A program made the position numbers and the translations under genes. Below are positions 29,634 to 42,321 of a DNA stretch of 64,000 nucleotides, one piece after another. A model generated the notes under the pieces. The model was not told the DNA's origin, ran no database searches, and worked only from the letters and a program-made list of their open reading frames with translations. The DNA comes from Vicinamibacteria bacterium (lineage in GTDB: Bacteria > Acidobacteriota > Vicinamibacteria > Marinacidobacterales > Marinacidobacteraceae): assembly GCA_963555995.3 (NCBI GenBank), contig OY821641.1, positions 2,080,001 to 2,144,000 on the forward strand, in the 5' to 3' direction. Numbering within the stretch: position 1 is the first letter of the stretch; every line of letters starts with the position of its first letter.

Positions 29634-32086
29634 CTAGAAGGTGGTTCCGATCCCGAAGACGAAGGCCGTGGGCCGATGGTAGTAGTCCCGATGGGGATTG
29701 TAGGCGAAGATGAGGCGGAACGGCACGTTCAGCATGGGGATGAACACCCGCATCTCGATGCCCGTCGAGGTGCGGAAATCCTGCAGCATGGAGAAGCTCC
29801 AGTTGTCCTCCTCGGCGAAGGCGTTCCCCGCGTCGAAGAACAGGATGGCGCGGAGCGGGCCGGCCAGCGGGATCGCGTACTCGGCGTTGAACAGCAGCAT
29901 CTTGTCCCCGCCGAGGAGCTGGCCGCGCGCGTTCCGCGGGCCCACCGAGCGGATGTAGTAACCGCGGATCTGGTACTCGCCGCCGAGGAAGAACCGGTTG
30001 TAGTAGGGGACGCCCGTCTGCTCGACGTCGAAGATGTCGATCTCCTCGCCCTCCGGCGGATCCACGCCGCCGTAGCCGTGCAGGTAGCTGCCCATGACCC
30101 GCATGCCGAGCGAGGTGTTGCCGATCACCCGCATGTGGTGCACGAACTCCAGGGTCGGCTTGTAGTAGTGGACGTTGCCGCCGAGCTGGCCGCCGGCGAT
30201 GTCGAACGAGCCCGTCAGTTTCCGCCCGGTGCTCGGGAAGATCGGGTGGTCCACGGTGTTGTAGACGAAGGTCGGGCTGATCTTGCTCTCCCGGAAGTTG
30301 CCGGACAGCCCGTAGAAGCGCGGGTCCAGGTAGGTGGAGTTGTAGTAGAGGTCGTAGAGGTTGAGGACGATGTCCGGGTCCGGCTCGCTCACCGTGATGA
30401 CCGAGTAGCCGTAGTTCAGGAACGCCCGCGACCAGCGGCCGAGCGGCACGCCGAAGACGATACGGCCGCCGATGTCGCCGCGCGTGAACTCGCGCAGCTT
30501 GAGGACCCGGCTGAACACGTCGAAGCCGAGCGTGATCGGCTTGTCCATGAAGTAGGGATCGGTGATCGCGATCTGGTAGTTCTGGGTGCGGCTGCCGGTC
30601 TGGACGGTGAAGTTCGCGGTCTCGCCGCGTCCGAGGAAGTTCGTGGTCCCGAAGGAGGCGTTCACGAACAGCCCCTCGAGCCCGGAGACCCCGGCCCCGA
30701 AGGTGAGCTGGTTCCGGTTCTCCTCGACCACGTCGAGCGTGATGTCGAGCTTCGTCTCGTCGGCCGGGCTGGGTTCGATGACCGGCTGCTCGATGGGCCG
30801 GAAGTAGCCGAGCTGGTTGATCCGCTGGATGGAGGCCTTGAGCAGTTCCATGTTCATGATGTCCTGCTCGTTCAGCCACATCTCGCGGCGGATGACCCGG
30901 TCCTTGGTGGTGGAGTTCCCCCGGAACTCGATCTTGTTCACCAGGAACTGGTCCTCTTCCGCGAGGTTGATGACCACGTCCACGATCTTCTCCTCGGGAC
31001 GCCGGTGCCAGGTTGGGAACCCGGTGAACTGCACGTAGCCGCGGGCGCCGTAGAGCTCGCGGAGCGATTCGAGCGCGTCGTTGACCTTCGACTCGTCGTA
31101 GACCTCGCCGGCCTGAATCGGGAAGAAGGCCCGGACGAAATCGGCCGGGAACACCTCGGCGCCCTCGACCGTGACCTCGCCCACCCGGTACTGCTCCCCC
31201 TCGACCACCGGGATCGTGACGTCCATCCAGCGCTTCTGACGCTTCCAGAACAGGAACTGCCGCGAGTAGCCGTCCTCGTACTCGAACTGCGGGGGGCCGA
31301 ACGAGACGTCGAGGTAGCCCTGCTTCAGGTACTCCTGCCGGACGGCCTCGATGTCCTCGGCGTACTGCTCCTCGGTGTAGGTGGACCCGCCGAGCAGCGC
31401 CCCGAGGGCGTGGCTCTCGCGGGTCTTCTTCATCGCCCAGCGGAGCGGCCACTCGTCGAGCGCCTCGATCCCCTCGAAATGGATCCGGCGGATCCGGATC
31501 TGCTGCTCGTCGTTGATGTTGAAGACGATCCTGACGCCGGTGTCGTCTTCGGTGATCTCGCTCGCCACCGCGCCTTCGGTGCGGCCCTTGTCCACGAGCA
31601 TCTCCTCGATGATCTCCCGCGCCCGGACCACCTTGTCGGGGTCGTAGGGAGCCCCCACCCCGATCACCGAATCCTCTTCCTCGAGCTTCTCGAGGATGTC
31701 GTCCTCGTCGAGCTCCTCCGACCCGAGGAACTCCAGGGTGACCACCCGGGGACGCTCGTGGACCACGAACACCACCAGCTTGCCGCCCCGCGGCCCGTCG
31801 CGCAGTTCGAGCCGCATGTCGTCCGCAAAACCGGTGTTCCAGAGCGTGCGGAACTCCGCGCGCAGCGCCTCGCGGTCCACCGGGTCCCCGGGCTTCACGG
31901 TCAGGTGGGCGAGCCAGGCGTCGGCCGCGATCAGGTCGTTGCCCTCGATGAGCACGGCTTCGACCGTCTCCGTCGCCTGGACCGCCGCGGGCGGCGCCGG
32001 AACGGGGGCGGCCAGGTTCGCCCACGCGGCGCCGGCGAGCCCGGCGGCCGCGACCGCCCCGGCGAATACGGATCCATGCAGTCGGG

Positions 32087-32090
<4 letters not shown>
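29634..32090 (-). CDS. bamA: outer-membrane protein assembly factor BamA
   Basis: POTRA repeats (GN..TKDRVIRRE), FFLGG..IRGY motif, terminal Phe. Confidence 0.96.
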
Positions 32091-34537
<2,447 letters not shown>

Positions 34538-34575
34538 TGTGGCTTCCCTGAAGGGCTCGCAATTTAGCAGGCAGC

Positions 34576-34746
34576 GGGAGCGCCGGTGTTCACACCGGCA
34601 CCGCGGCCGGAGGCCGCGAAACACCCGTTGCCGTTGTTCCGCATGGTGTAACGCCGTCCCGTGCAACGTTGTGCCACGCGGCAGCGGAAAGCTGAGAGTC
34701 TCGCTCCCCTATGCGGTGCGATGCCGGTCTGAAGACCGGCGCTCCC
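34576..34746. repeat. REPIN-like element type A (171 bp), overlapping the lolD 3' end
   Basis: GGGAGCGCCGGTGTTCACACCGGCAC (compensatory variant)...ATGCCGGTCTGAAGACCGGCGCTCCC. Confidence 0.85.
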
Positions 34747-35419
34747 CGTCGTGCAGGACGCCCGCCTCCATCCGGAACGTCCGGTCGCAGCTCGCGGCGA
34801 CCTGGGAACTGTGCGACGCGATGACCGCGGTGAGCCCGTAGGCCGCGTGGAGGCCGCCCAGGAGTTCCAGCAACTGGCGGCTGGCCGCGTCGTCGAGGTT
34901 CCCGGTGGGCTCGTCGGCGATCAGCAGCGCCGGATCTCCGGAGAGCGCCCGGGCCACCGCGACCCGCTGCTGCTCGCCCCCGCTCAGCTCTTCCGGACGG
35001 TGGTGGAGCCGCTCCGCGAGCCCCAACTCACCGAGGAGGCGGGCGGCGCGGTCCTCGGCCGCTCCCCGCGGTACCCGGCGGATGCGCAGCGGGAGCGAAG
35101 CGTTCTCCATCGCGGTCAGTTCGGGCAGGAGCCGGTGGTGCTGGAACACGAAACCCACCTGCCGGTTGCGGAACGCCGCGGCCCCCCGCTCCGACAGCCG
35201 CGCCACCTCCTCGCCGGCAAGCCGGAGCGAACCCGCGTCGGGCTGGTCGAGCGCCCCGAGGACGTGGAGCAGCGTGGTCTTCCCCACCCCGCTCGCCCCG
35301 GTGATCGCCACCATCTCGCCGTGACGGACCTCGAGGTCGAGTCCCCGGAGCACCGCGATGCGTCCGGCCCCGGTCCCGAAGGCCTTGTCGAGCCCGCGGG
35401 CCTCGACCTGCAGGCTCAC
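34709..35419 (-). CDS. lolD: lipoprotein-releasing ABC transporter ATPase
   Basis: [27 protein letters not shown] and ADEPTGNLD motifs; next to lolC/E. Confidence 0.9.
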   Translation of the reverse strand: MSLQVEARGLDKAFGTGAGRIAVLRGLDLEVRHGEMVAITGASGVGKTTLLHVLGALDQPDAGSLRLAGEEVARLSERGAAAFRNRQVGFVFQHHRLLPELTAMENASLPLRIRRVPRGAAEDRAARLLGELGLAERLHHRPEELSGGEQQRVAVARALSGDPALLIADEPTGNLDDAASRQLLELLGGLHAAYGLTAVIASHSSQVAASCDRTFRMEAGVLHDGERRSSDRHRTA

Positions 35420-36690
35420 TGGAACCTCAGCGCGTCGGTCACCACCAGCGACGCCGCCCGGCGCGCCGGGTACAGGGTGGCCAGGAAACAGACGAGGGGC
35501 GCAAAGAGACAGACCAGCGCGACGTCCCCCGGAAGCAGCGTGAAGGGCACCGCGGTGATCTGGTACACGTCCTCGGGGATCCGGATGCGGCCGTCGAGGA
35601 TCCGGCAGGCGGTGATCCCGAGCACCGCCCCGAGTCCCGTCCCCACGACGCCGATCACCGCGCCCTGCGCCATGAAGAGCGCCATGATGCTCCGCCGGGT
35701 GGCGCCCATGGACCGCAGGATGGCGATGTCGCGGGTCTTCTCGGTCACCGTGACGATCTGCCCGGCGACGATGTTGAGCGCCGCCACCCCCACGATGAAG
35801 CTCACGAACAGCGTGGTCGCCAGCTTCTCGAGCCAGAACGCCGAGAAGAGGGTGGTGTTCAGATCAATCCAGTTGAGCGCCGAGTATCCGGGACCGAGGG
35901 CTTCCAGCACGCGGGCCTCCCGCTCCCGCACCTCGAACATGTCGGTGATCCGCGCCTCCACCTGGCTCGCCTCGCCCGGCCGGCCGGTGAGTCGCTGCGC
36001 TTCCCGGAGCGGGATGAGCGCGTAGGCGTTGTCGTAGTTGTAAAGACCCAGCCGGAAGGACCCCGCCACCCGGAAGCGCCGGGTGGTCGGAACGGCGCCG
36101 AGCGGGGTCAACTGGCCCCCGGGCACCATGAGGCGGATCGTGTCGCCCACGCTGACCCCCAGCCCGAGGGCCAGTTCCTCGCCCAGCAGCACCGGGGGAG
36201 GCTCTCCCGGGACCACCGTTTCCAGGTCGGCGAACCGCCCCGCGGTCATCCGGGACGCGAACTCGGTGACGCCGGGCTCGCGCGCCGGGTCCACCCCCTT
36301 GAGGGTCACGAGCGCGTCCCGCCGGCCGAGCGCGATCGCCTTGCCGTAGAGCACCGGAGCCGCGCCCTCGACTTCCGGCGCCGCCTGGACCGCCTCGGCG
36401 ACCTCGGCGTAATCGGTGAAGCCGTCGGCGGAGAGGCTGTACACCGTGAGGTGGGAGAGCGCCCCCAGGATCCGCGCCCGAAGCTCGCCCTGGAAGCCCG
36501 TCATGATCGCGAGCGCGACCAGCAGGATCGCGACCCCCAACACCACCCCGAGCGCCGAGATCGCGGAGATCACCGAGATGAACAGGCCCTGCTTGCGGAG
36601 CATCAGGTAGCGGCCGGCGATCTGGAGCTCGAACGGCAGGGAGGCGAGGCGGCCCCGCGGCGCGGGCCGCTCGCCTTCGTTGCGGCTCAA
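35416..36690 (-). CDS. lolC: lipoprotein-releasing ABC permease LolC/E
   Basis: IAGRYL, AIMTGF, EKTRDIAILRSMGA and ATLYPARRAA motifs. Confidence 0.9.
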   Translation of the reverse strand: MSRNEGERPAPRGRLASLPFELQIAGRYLMLRKQGLFISVISAISALGVVLGVAILLVALAIMTGFQGELRARILGALSHLTVYSLSADGFTDYAEVAEAVQAAPEVEGAAPVLYGKAIALGRRDALVTLKGVDPAREPGVTEFASRMTAGRFADLETVVPGEPPPVLLGEELALGLGVSVGDTIRLMVPGGQLTPLGAVPTTRRFRVAGSFRLGLYNYDNAYALIPLREAQRLTGRPGEASQVEARITDMFEVREREARVLEALGPGYSALNWIDLNTTLFSAFWLEKLATTLFVSFIVGVAALNIVAGQIVTVTEKTRDIAILRSMGATRRSIMALFMAQGAVIGVVGTGLGAVLGITACRILDGRIRIPEDVYQITAVPFTLLPGDVALVCLFAPLVCFLATLYPARRAASLVVTDALRFQ

Positions 36691-38216
36691 CGGCCTTCCC
36701 GCGGCCGGAGGTGCGGGAAGAGGATCACGTCGCGGATCGCCGGGGAGTTGGTGAGCAGCATGGCCACCCGGTCCACCCCGACCCCGCAGCCCCCCGTCGG
36801 CGGCAACCCGTGGCGGAGCGCCTCGATGTAGTCCCAGTCCATGGCGTGCTCGTCGCCCGCCTGCCGCTTCGCCATCTGCTCGCCGAAGCGCGCCGCCTGC
36901 TCGTCGGGGTCGTTCAGCTCCGAGAACCCGTTCGCGATCTCGAGGCCGCCAGCGAAGAGTTCGAACCGCTCCGTGATCCCCGGTTCGTCCGGGCTCGCCT
37001 TCGAGAGCGGAGAGACCTCCACGGGATAACCGGTCACGAAGGTGGGCTGGACGAGGCGGCGCTCGGCGAGCGCCTCGAAGAGGCTGAGCAGCAGCTTCCC
37101 GGCGCTCTCGTCGGGCGTCAGCGGGAGGTCCAGCCGCCGGTGCGCCTCGGCGAGCGGCGGAGCCGACCGCAGGTCGCCATCCTCAAGCGCCATCCCGCGT
37201 TCCTTCAGCGCCGCCCCGGTGACCTCGAGCAGGGAGACCCGCGCGAAGGGCTTCTCGAACCGGATCTCCTCGTCGCCGAAGACCGCCGGCTCGCCGCCGA
37301 GCACCGCCCGCGCCGCCGTGATCACCAGGCGCTCGGTGATCTCCATCATGTCGGCGCAGTCGCTGAACGCCCGGTAGAACTCCAGCATGGTGAACTCGGG
37401 GTTGTGCCGGGTGGAGAGTCCCTCGTTCCGGAAGTTGCGGTTGATCTCGTAGACCCGCGGGAACCCGCCCACCACCAGGCGCTTCAGGTAGAGCTCGGGC
37501 GCCACCCGCAGGTAGAGATCCATCCCGAGCGCCCGGTGCCGGGTCTGGAACGGCCGGGCCGCCGCCCCGGTGGCGAGCGGTTGGAGCATCGGGGTCTCGA
37601 CTTCGAGGAAACCCTCGCCGTCCATGAAGCGGCGGATGGCCGAGACCATCGCGGCCCGGCTGCGGAACACCTCGCGGGTGCGCGGGTTCCCGAGGAGATC
37701 GAGGTAGCGCTGCCGGTAGCGGGTGTCGCGGTCGGCGAGGCCGTGCCACTTTTCGGGCAACGGGAGGAGGGCCTTCGCCAGGAAGACCAGCGAATCGGCC
37801 CGCACGGTGAGCTCGTCGGTCCGGGTCCGGAACATGGGGCCGGTCACGCCCACCCAGTCCCCGAGGTCGAGCGCCTTCGAGACCGCGAAGTCGCGCCCGG
37901 TGAGCACGTCGCGCCGGACGTGGACCTGGAGCGTTCCCGGCCCCTCGGAAAGCCGCAGGAACGCGGCCTTCCCGAAAGACCGGATGGCGACGATCCGGCC
38001 GCCGACCCGCACCGTCCGCTCCGCCTCCGGGATCGCTTCGAGCCCCGCCCCGTCCAGATCGCCGAACGTCTCCGCCGCCTGCTCCAGGGTGTGGGAGGCG
38101 GCGAACCGGCTCGGCCAGACGGGAACCCCGAGGCTCTCGATCTCGGCCAGCTTCCGGCGGCGGTCCCGCTCGTCCCGGTGCATGGCCGGCTCGCGGTCCG
38201 TGGGGTTCTCGCTCAC
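36687..38216 (-). CDS. lysS: lysyl-tRNA synthetase class II
   Basis: RYRQRYLDL, EVETPML, NFRNEG.S.RHNPEF and IRDVILFP motifs. Confidence 0.97.
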   Translation of the reverse strand: MSENPTDREPAMHRDERDRRRKLAEIESLGVPVWPSRFAASHTLEQAAETFGDLDGAGLEAIPEAERTVRVGGRIVAIRSFGKAAFLRLSEGPGTLQVHVRRDVLTGRDFAVSKALDLGDWVGVTGPMFRTRTDELTVRADSLVFLAKALLPLPEKWHGLADRDTRYRQRYLDLLGNPRTREVFRSRAAMVSAIRRFMDGEGFLEVETPMLQPLATGAAARPFQTRHRALGMDLYLRVAPELYLKRLVVGGFPRVYEINRNFRNEGLSTRHNPEFTMLEFYRAFSDCADMMEITERLVITAARAVLGGEPAVFGDEEIRFEKPFARVSLLEVTGAALKERGMALEDGDLRSAPPLAEAHRRLDLPLTPDESAGKLLLSLFEALAERRLVQPTFVTGYPVEVSPLSKASPDEPGITERFELFAGGLEIANGFSELNDPDEQAARFGEQMAKRQAGDEHAMDWDYIEALRHGLPPTGGCGVGVDRVAMLLTNSPAIRDVILFPHLRPREGR

Positions 38217-38686
38217 GGGTCCTGGCCTTCTCCGGAGTCCGGGGCTTCGGGCGCGGCCGCCTCGTCCGTCTTTCCGAGGCGCTTGACGACGCCGTCGAGC
38301 ACCGCGTGGACGAAGGACGTGGAGTCCTCGCCGGCGTAGCGGCGCGCCACCTCGATGGCCTCGCTCAGCACCACCCGCGGCGGCGCGCTCGCGGTCAGCA
38401 GCTCGGCGACCGCCACCCGCAGGACGCTGCGCTCCACCCGCCCCATGTTCTCCTTCCAGAACGGCTTGGTGGTCTCGTCGAGGCAGCGGTCGATTTCCTC
38501 GATTCGCTCCCAGGCCGCCTTCGCGAGCACCTCGGCGAACTCCAGGTGCGCGTCGCTGGCGCGGGTGAGGTCCCGCACGCCGGCCACGGTGGCGGGAGGC
38601 GACTCGGGATTCGCGTCCCACGAGGAGAGCATCTGCGCGGCGAGTTCGCGCCCCCGGCGGCGCTGGCGCGCGGTCCGCGGGTCCAC
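38213..38686 (-). CDS. nusB: transcription antitermination factor NusB
   Basis: RRRGRELAAQ, VERSVLR, EAIEVARRY and FVHAVLD motifs; follows ribH. Confidence 0.9.
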   Translation of the reverse strand: MDPRTARQRRRGRELAAQMLSSWDANPESPPATVAGVRDLTRASDAHLEFAEVLAKAAWERIEEIDRCLDETTKPFWKENMGRVERSVLRVAVAELLTASAPPRVVLSEAIEVARRYAGEDSTSFVHAVLDGVVKRLGKTDEAAAPEAPDSGEGQDP

Positions 38687-38687
38687 G

Positions 38688-39215
38688 TCAGCCTCCCCGG
38701 GACGCGGAAACCGAGCCGACGTCGAGGCCGGGCCGCCCTCCGAGGCGCTTCCGGGCGCGCAGCAGGCCGGCCACCGCGCGCGCCGCGTCCTCTCCGCGGT
38801 TCCCCCGGGCGCCGCCGGACCGGGCGTCGGCCTGCTCGGGGCTGTCCACGGTGAGCACCGCGTTCCCTACCGGAATGCGGGTGCGGACCCCGATCTCGAG
38901 GAGCCCCGTGGTCACCGCTTCGGCGAGGTGGCGGTCGTGGGAGGTTTCCCCCTTCACGATCGAGGCGCAGGCGACGATGGCGTCCACGCGCCCGGAATCC
39001 GCCAGCCAGCCGGCCAGTTGGGCGACCTCGAAGGCCGCCGGCGCCGGATGGCGGGAAACGCCGGCCCCCTCTCCGCGGAGCCAACGCTCGGCGGCGTCGG
39101 CGAGGCGGGCCGAGGCTTCGTCCCGTTCCGAGAGCACGATCCCGACGTGGACCCCGGCGAGGGGGCCGGATTGCCTGCGCCCGCCGTCCCGCCCGGACCC
39201 CGGATCAGGCGCCAC
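38688..39215 (-). CDS. ribH: 6,7-dimethyl-8-ribityllumazine synthase (divergent)
   Basis: AFEV, DAIVA..IVKGETSH, PVGNAVLT and GNRGEDAA motifs; ribH-nusB synteny. Confidence 0.85.
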   Translation of the reverse strand: MAPDPGSGRDGGRRQSGPLAGVHVGIVLSERDEASARLADAAERWLRGEGAGVSRHPAPAAFEVAQLAGWLADSGRVDAIVACASIVKGETSHDRHLAEAVTTGLLEIGVRTRIPVGNAVLTVDSPEQADARSGGARGNRGEDAARAVAGLLRARKRLGGRPGLDVGSVSASRGG

Positions 39216-39996
39216 GGAACCGCGCCGGGCGCTTCTCCAGGAACGCGCCCGTGCCCTCCCGCATGTCGTCGGTGCCGGCGAGCGACGCAAAGAGCGATGC
39301 CTCGGACAGCAAGCCGTCCTCGAGACCCGAGAGCCCCGCGTCCACCGCGAGGAGCGCGTTCCTGACCGCCAGCGGTCCGTTCGCGAGCACCCGGTCGAGG
39401 AGCGCCGCGGCCCCTTCGACCGCATCGTCATGGACCGCGTCCACGAGGCCCGCCGCAAGCGCCTCCTCGCCCCCCACCGGCTCCCCGGTGAGGATCATGC
39501 GGAGCGCCCGCCCCCGTCCGATCAGCCGGGGCAGCCGCTGGGTGCCGCCGTAGGCGGGGATCACGCCGAGCCCCACCTCGGGAAGCCCCAGCTTCGCCTT
39601 CGGCCCGGCCACCCGCAGGTGGCAGGCGAGCGCCAGTTCGAGCCCGCCGCCGAGCGCGTAGCCCCCGATTGCGGCGATCACCGGCTTCCCGGTGCCCTCG
39701 ATGACGCGCATGACCTCCTGGCCGCGGCGCGCGAACCGGAACGCCGCTTCGGGGGTGAGGTCGCGCAGCTCGGAGATGTCCGCCCCGGCCACGAAGGCGC
39801 GGTCGCCGGCGCCGGTGAGGACGATGCCGTCCAGCTCCGGGTCCGCGTCGAGTTCCCCGAAGGCGGCGGCGAGGGCTTCCACCAGGTCCCGGTTCAGGGC
39901 GTTCAGCGCCCTCGGCCGGTTCACGGTGACGAGGGCGTAGGGGTGTCCCTGCGCGGTCTCCCGGCGTTCGCGCAGGAGGGCGCCGCCGTCCGTCAC
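39205..39996 (-). CDS. enoyl-CoA hydratase (crotonase)
   Basis: NRPRALNAL, AFVAGADI, ALGGGLEL, LPE and GGTQRLPRL motifs. Confidence 0.92.
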   Translation of the reverse strand: MTDGGALLRERRETAQGHPYALVTVNRPRALNALNRDLVEALAAAFGELDADPELDGIVLTGAGDRAFVAGADISELRDLTPEAAFRFARRGQEVMRVIEGTGKPVIAAIGGYALGGGLELALACHLRVAGPKAKLGLPEVGLGVIPAYGGTQRLPRLIGRGRALRMILTGEPVGGEEALAAGLVDAVHDDAVEGAAALLDRVLANGPLAVRNALLAVDAGLSGLEDGLLSEASLFASLAGTDDMREGTGAFLEKRPARFRGA

Positions 39997-41231
39997 GCCG
40001 AGGCTCCGTTGCCGCCGGCGTTCCCGGCCGCCTCGACCACCATGGCGATGCCCTGGCCGCCGCCGATGCAGGCGGTGGCGAGGCCGTAGCGCCCCCCGGA
40101 ACGCCGCAGTTCCAGAAGCAGGGTGAGCAGCAGGCGCGTTCCGGTCGCGCCGAGCGGGTGCCCGAGGGCGATGGCGCCGCCGTTCACGTTGACCCGCTCG
40201 CGGTCGAGCCCGAGCTCGCGCTCCACGGCGAGGTACTGGGGGGCGAACGCCTCGTTCACCTCGATCCGGTCCATGTCCGCGAGTTCGAGGCCGGCGGCCC
40301 GGAGCGCCGCCCGGCTGGCGGGCACCGGCCCGAGCCCCATGACCTCGGGCGGGACGCCGGCGGTGGCCCAGGAGACGATGCGCCCGAGCGGAGATCCGTC
40401 CCGCACCGCGGGAGTGTCCTCGCGCGCGATCACGAAGGCGGCGCCGCCGTCCACGATGCCGCTGGCGTTCCCGGCCGTGACCAGCCCGTCCTTCCGGAAG
40501 GCGGGGCGGAGCCGCGCGAGTCCCTCGCGGGTGGTCTGCGGGCGCCGGTGGCCGTCCTCGGACACCACGCGCTCGCCCTTCCGCATCTTCACGGTGACGG
40601 GAACGATCTCCTCGGCGTGCGACCCGGCCCGGTAGGCGCGATCCGCCGTCTGCTGGCTGCGGAGGGCGTAGTCGTCGGAGTCCTCGCGGGTGACCCCGGT
40701 CCGCTCGGCCACGTTCTCCGCGGTGTCGGACATGGAGAGCCCGCAGCGGCCGTCGGTCAGGGCCGCCACCAGGCTGTCCTCGAGCTTCCCGTGGCCCAGC
40801 CGGAGCCCTCGACGCGCCCCCCGCACCACGAAGGGCGCCTGGCTCATGGACTCCATCCCGCCGGCGAGCACGGTGTCCGCCTCACCCGCGAGCATCTGGT
40901 GCGCCGCGGAGATCACCGCCTGGATCCCCGAGCCGCAGAGCCGGTTCACCGTGAGCGCCGGCACGGAATCCGGCACCCCGGCGCCGAGGCCGACGTGCCG
41001 GGCACCATAGATGGCGTCGGCGGTCGTCTGCTGGGCGTTCCCGATCACCACGTGGTCCACCCGCTCCGGCTCCACGCCCGAGCGGTCGAGCGCCCCCTTC
41101 GCCGCCGCCGCGCCCAGTTCGATGGCGCTGAGCCCGGCGAGGTCCCCGAGGAAGGGCGTCATGGGGGTCCGCGCCCCCCCCACGAACCAGATCCCCGCCG
41201 CCGGAGCGGCGGCGTTTCGGAGCGGGCTCAT
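39993..41231 (-). CDS. acetyl-CoA C-acyltransferase (thiolase)
   Basis: NRLCGSG, EVNEAFA, GHPLGATG and ACIGGGQG motifs. Confidence 0.95.
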   Translation of the reverse strand: MSPLRNAAAPAAGIWFVGGARTPMTPFLGDLAGLSAIELGAAAAKGALDRSGVEPERVDHVVIGNAQQTTADAIYGARHVGLGAGVPDSVPALTVNRLCGSGIQAVISAAHQMLAGEADTVLAGGMESMSQAPFVVRGARRGLRLGHGKLEDSLVAALTDGRCGLSMSDTAENVAERTGVTREDSDDYALRSQQTADRAYRAGSHAEEIVPVTVKMRKGERVVSEDGHRRPQTTREGLARLRPAFRKDGLVTAGNASGIVDGGAAFVIAREDTPAVRDGSPLGRIVSWATAGVPPEVMGLGPVPASRAALRAAGLELADMDRIEVNEAFAPQYLAVERELGLDRERVNVNGGAIALGHPLGATGTRLLLTLLLELRRSGGRYGLATACIGGGQGIAMVVEAAGNAGGNGASA

Positions 41232-41273
41232 GGCGGGCGAAAGCGTATCGCGCGACCACGGCCCCGCGTCCGA

Positions 41274-41603
41274 CTTGGAACGCCGGTCTCCAGACCGGCA
41301 CCGCCGTGCTCCGCACCGCGCACGTCACAACCCCACCCGCAAAAGGCGGTTCCCGCCCCGGAGTAAAACTCAAGAGCGCAGGTGACACCCACGGCTTCAA
41401 ACGCCGGTCTCCAGACCGGCACACGCGGCGCTCCGCACCGCGCACGTCGCAACTCCACGCCGCCTCACGGCAACCCCCGGCTCCCAACCCCCACCCGTCG
41501 CTGGTGACGCGTACGGCTCGGAGCGCCGATCTCCGGTCGGCATCGCGCGGGAGCGCGAAACCCGCGCAGCACCGCGCGTGCCGGTCTGAAGACCGGCGCT
41601 CCC
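41274..41603. repeat. REP cluster: two type C units (41274, 41395), one variant (41519) and one type A (41578)
   Basis: AACGCCGGTCTCCAGACCGGCAC twice, each followed by GCTCCGCACCGCGCACGTC; GGAGCGCCGATCTCCGGTCGGCAT; GTGCCGGTCTGAAGACCGGCGCTCCC. Confidence 0.85.
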
Positions 41604-41656
41604 AGCGGGTGCGTGATCCGGGCGGTCGCGCGCCCCGGCCCGGTTACGATTCCGGG

Positions 41657-42130
41657 ATGGCCGAGGTACGGGCGCGGGCGGGCGCCCGACAGCAATCCCG
41701 GGCCGGCAGCCGCGAGGAGTCCAACCCGTTGCTGTACAGCGCCCTGGGGCTCGTGGTCCCCGGGCTCGGGCACATCGCGCTGGGCCGGCGCGGGACGGGC
41801 GCGGTGTTTTTGGTCAGTATCGGGCTGCTGTTCGTCTTCGGCATCCGGATGGAGGGTGAGTTGTTTCCCTTCGAGGCCGCCGCTCCGCTGACGCTGCTCG
41901 CCGGAGTCGCCGAGATGGGGGCCGGGACCTTCTACGTGGCCGCGCGCCTGCTGGGACTCGGCGCCGGGAACCCCGAAGCGCCCACCTACGAGTACGGGTA
42001 CGCCTTCCTCATCGTCGCGGGGCTCCTGAACCTGCTCGTGGTGCTCGACGCCTGGGACATCGCGACGGGAAACAAGGGATCAGCGGAAGGCACGGAACCC
42101 GCCGGCGAAGCCGCGAGCCCCGCGCGATGA
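41657..42130 (+). CDS. membrane protein (DUF6677-like)
   Basis: VPGLGH...YEYGYAFLIVAGLLNLLVVLDAWD; TACGAT 6 nt before the ATG. Confidence 0.75.
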   Translation: MAEVRARAGARQQSRAGSREESNPLLYSALGLVVPGLGHIALGRRGTGAVFLVSIGLLFVFGIRMEGELFPFEAAAPLTLLAGVAEMGAGTFYVAARLLGLGAGNPEAPTYEYGYAFLIVAGLLNLLVVLDAWDIATGNKGSAEGTEPAGEAASPAR

Positions 42131-42297
42131 GTCATTTCGGCGCGCTCGTCCTCTTCGCCGCGCTGGTCTCCCCCGCCTTCGCCTGCCTCATGCGGGAGGG
42201 CTGGGCGGCGCGGCTCCGGTTCACCGCCTGGGCCTTCCTCAGCTTCGTGGGGTTCGCGGTGGGAATCGGCTGGATCATGTTTCTGGCGGGCGCCTGA
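42127..42297 (+). CDS. 56-aa two-TM small protein (absent from the ORF track)
   Basis: ATGA overlap with the upstream stop; MSHFGALVLFAALVSPAFACLMREGWAARLRFTAWAFLSFVGFAVGIGWIMFLAGA. Confidence 0.75.
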   Translation: MSHFGALVLFAALVSPAFACLMREGWAARLRFTAWAFLSFVGFAVGIGWIMFLAGA

Positions 42298-42321
42298 TCC
42301 GGACCCGCCGTACTGCGCAGC

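Noticed and set aside
41274-41603. Possible second CRISPR or ncRNA
   Set aside because: Composed of the same REP units in mixed orientation
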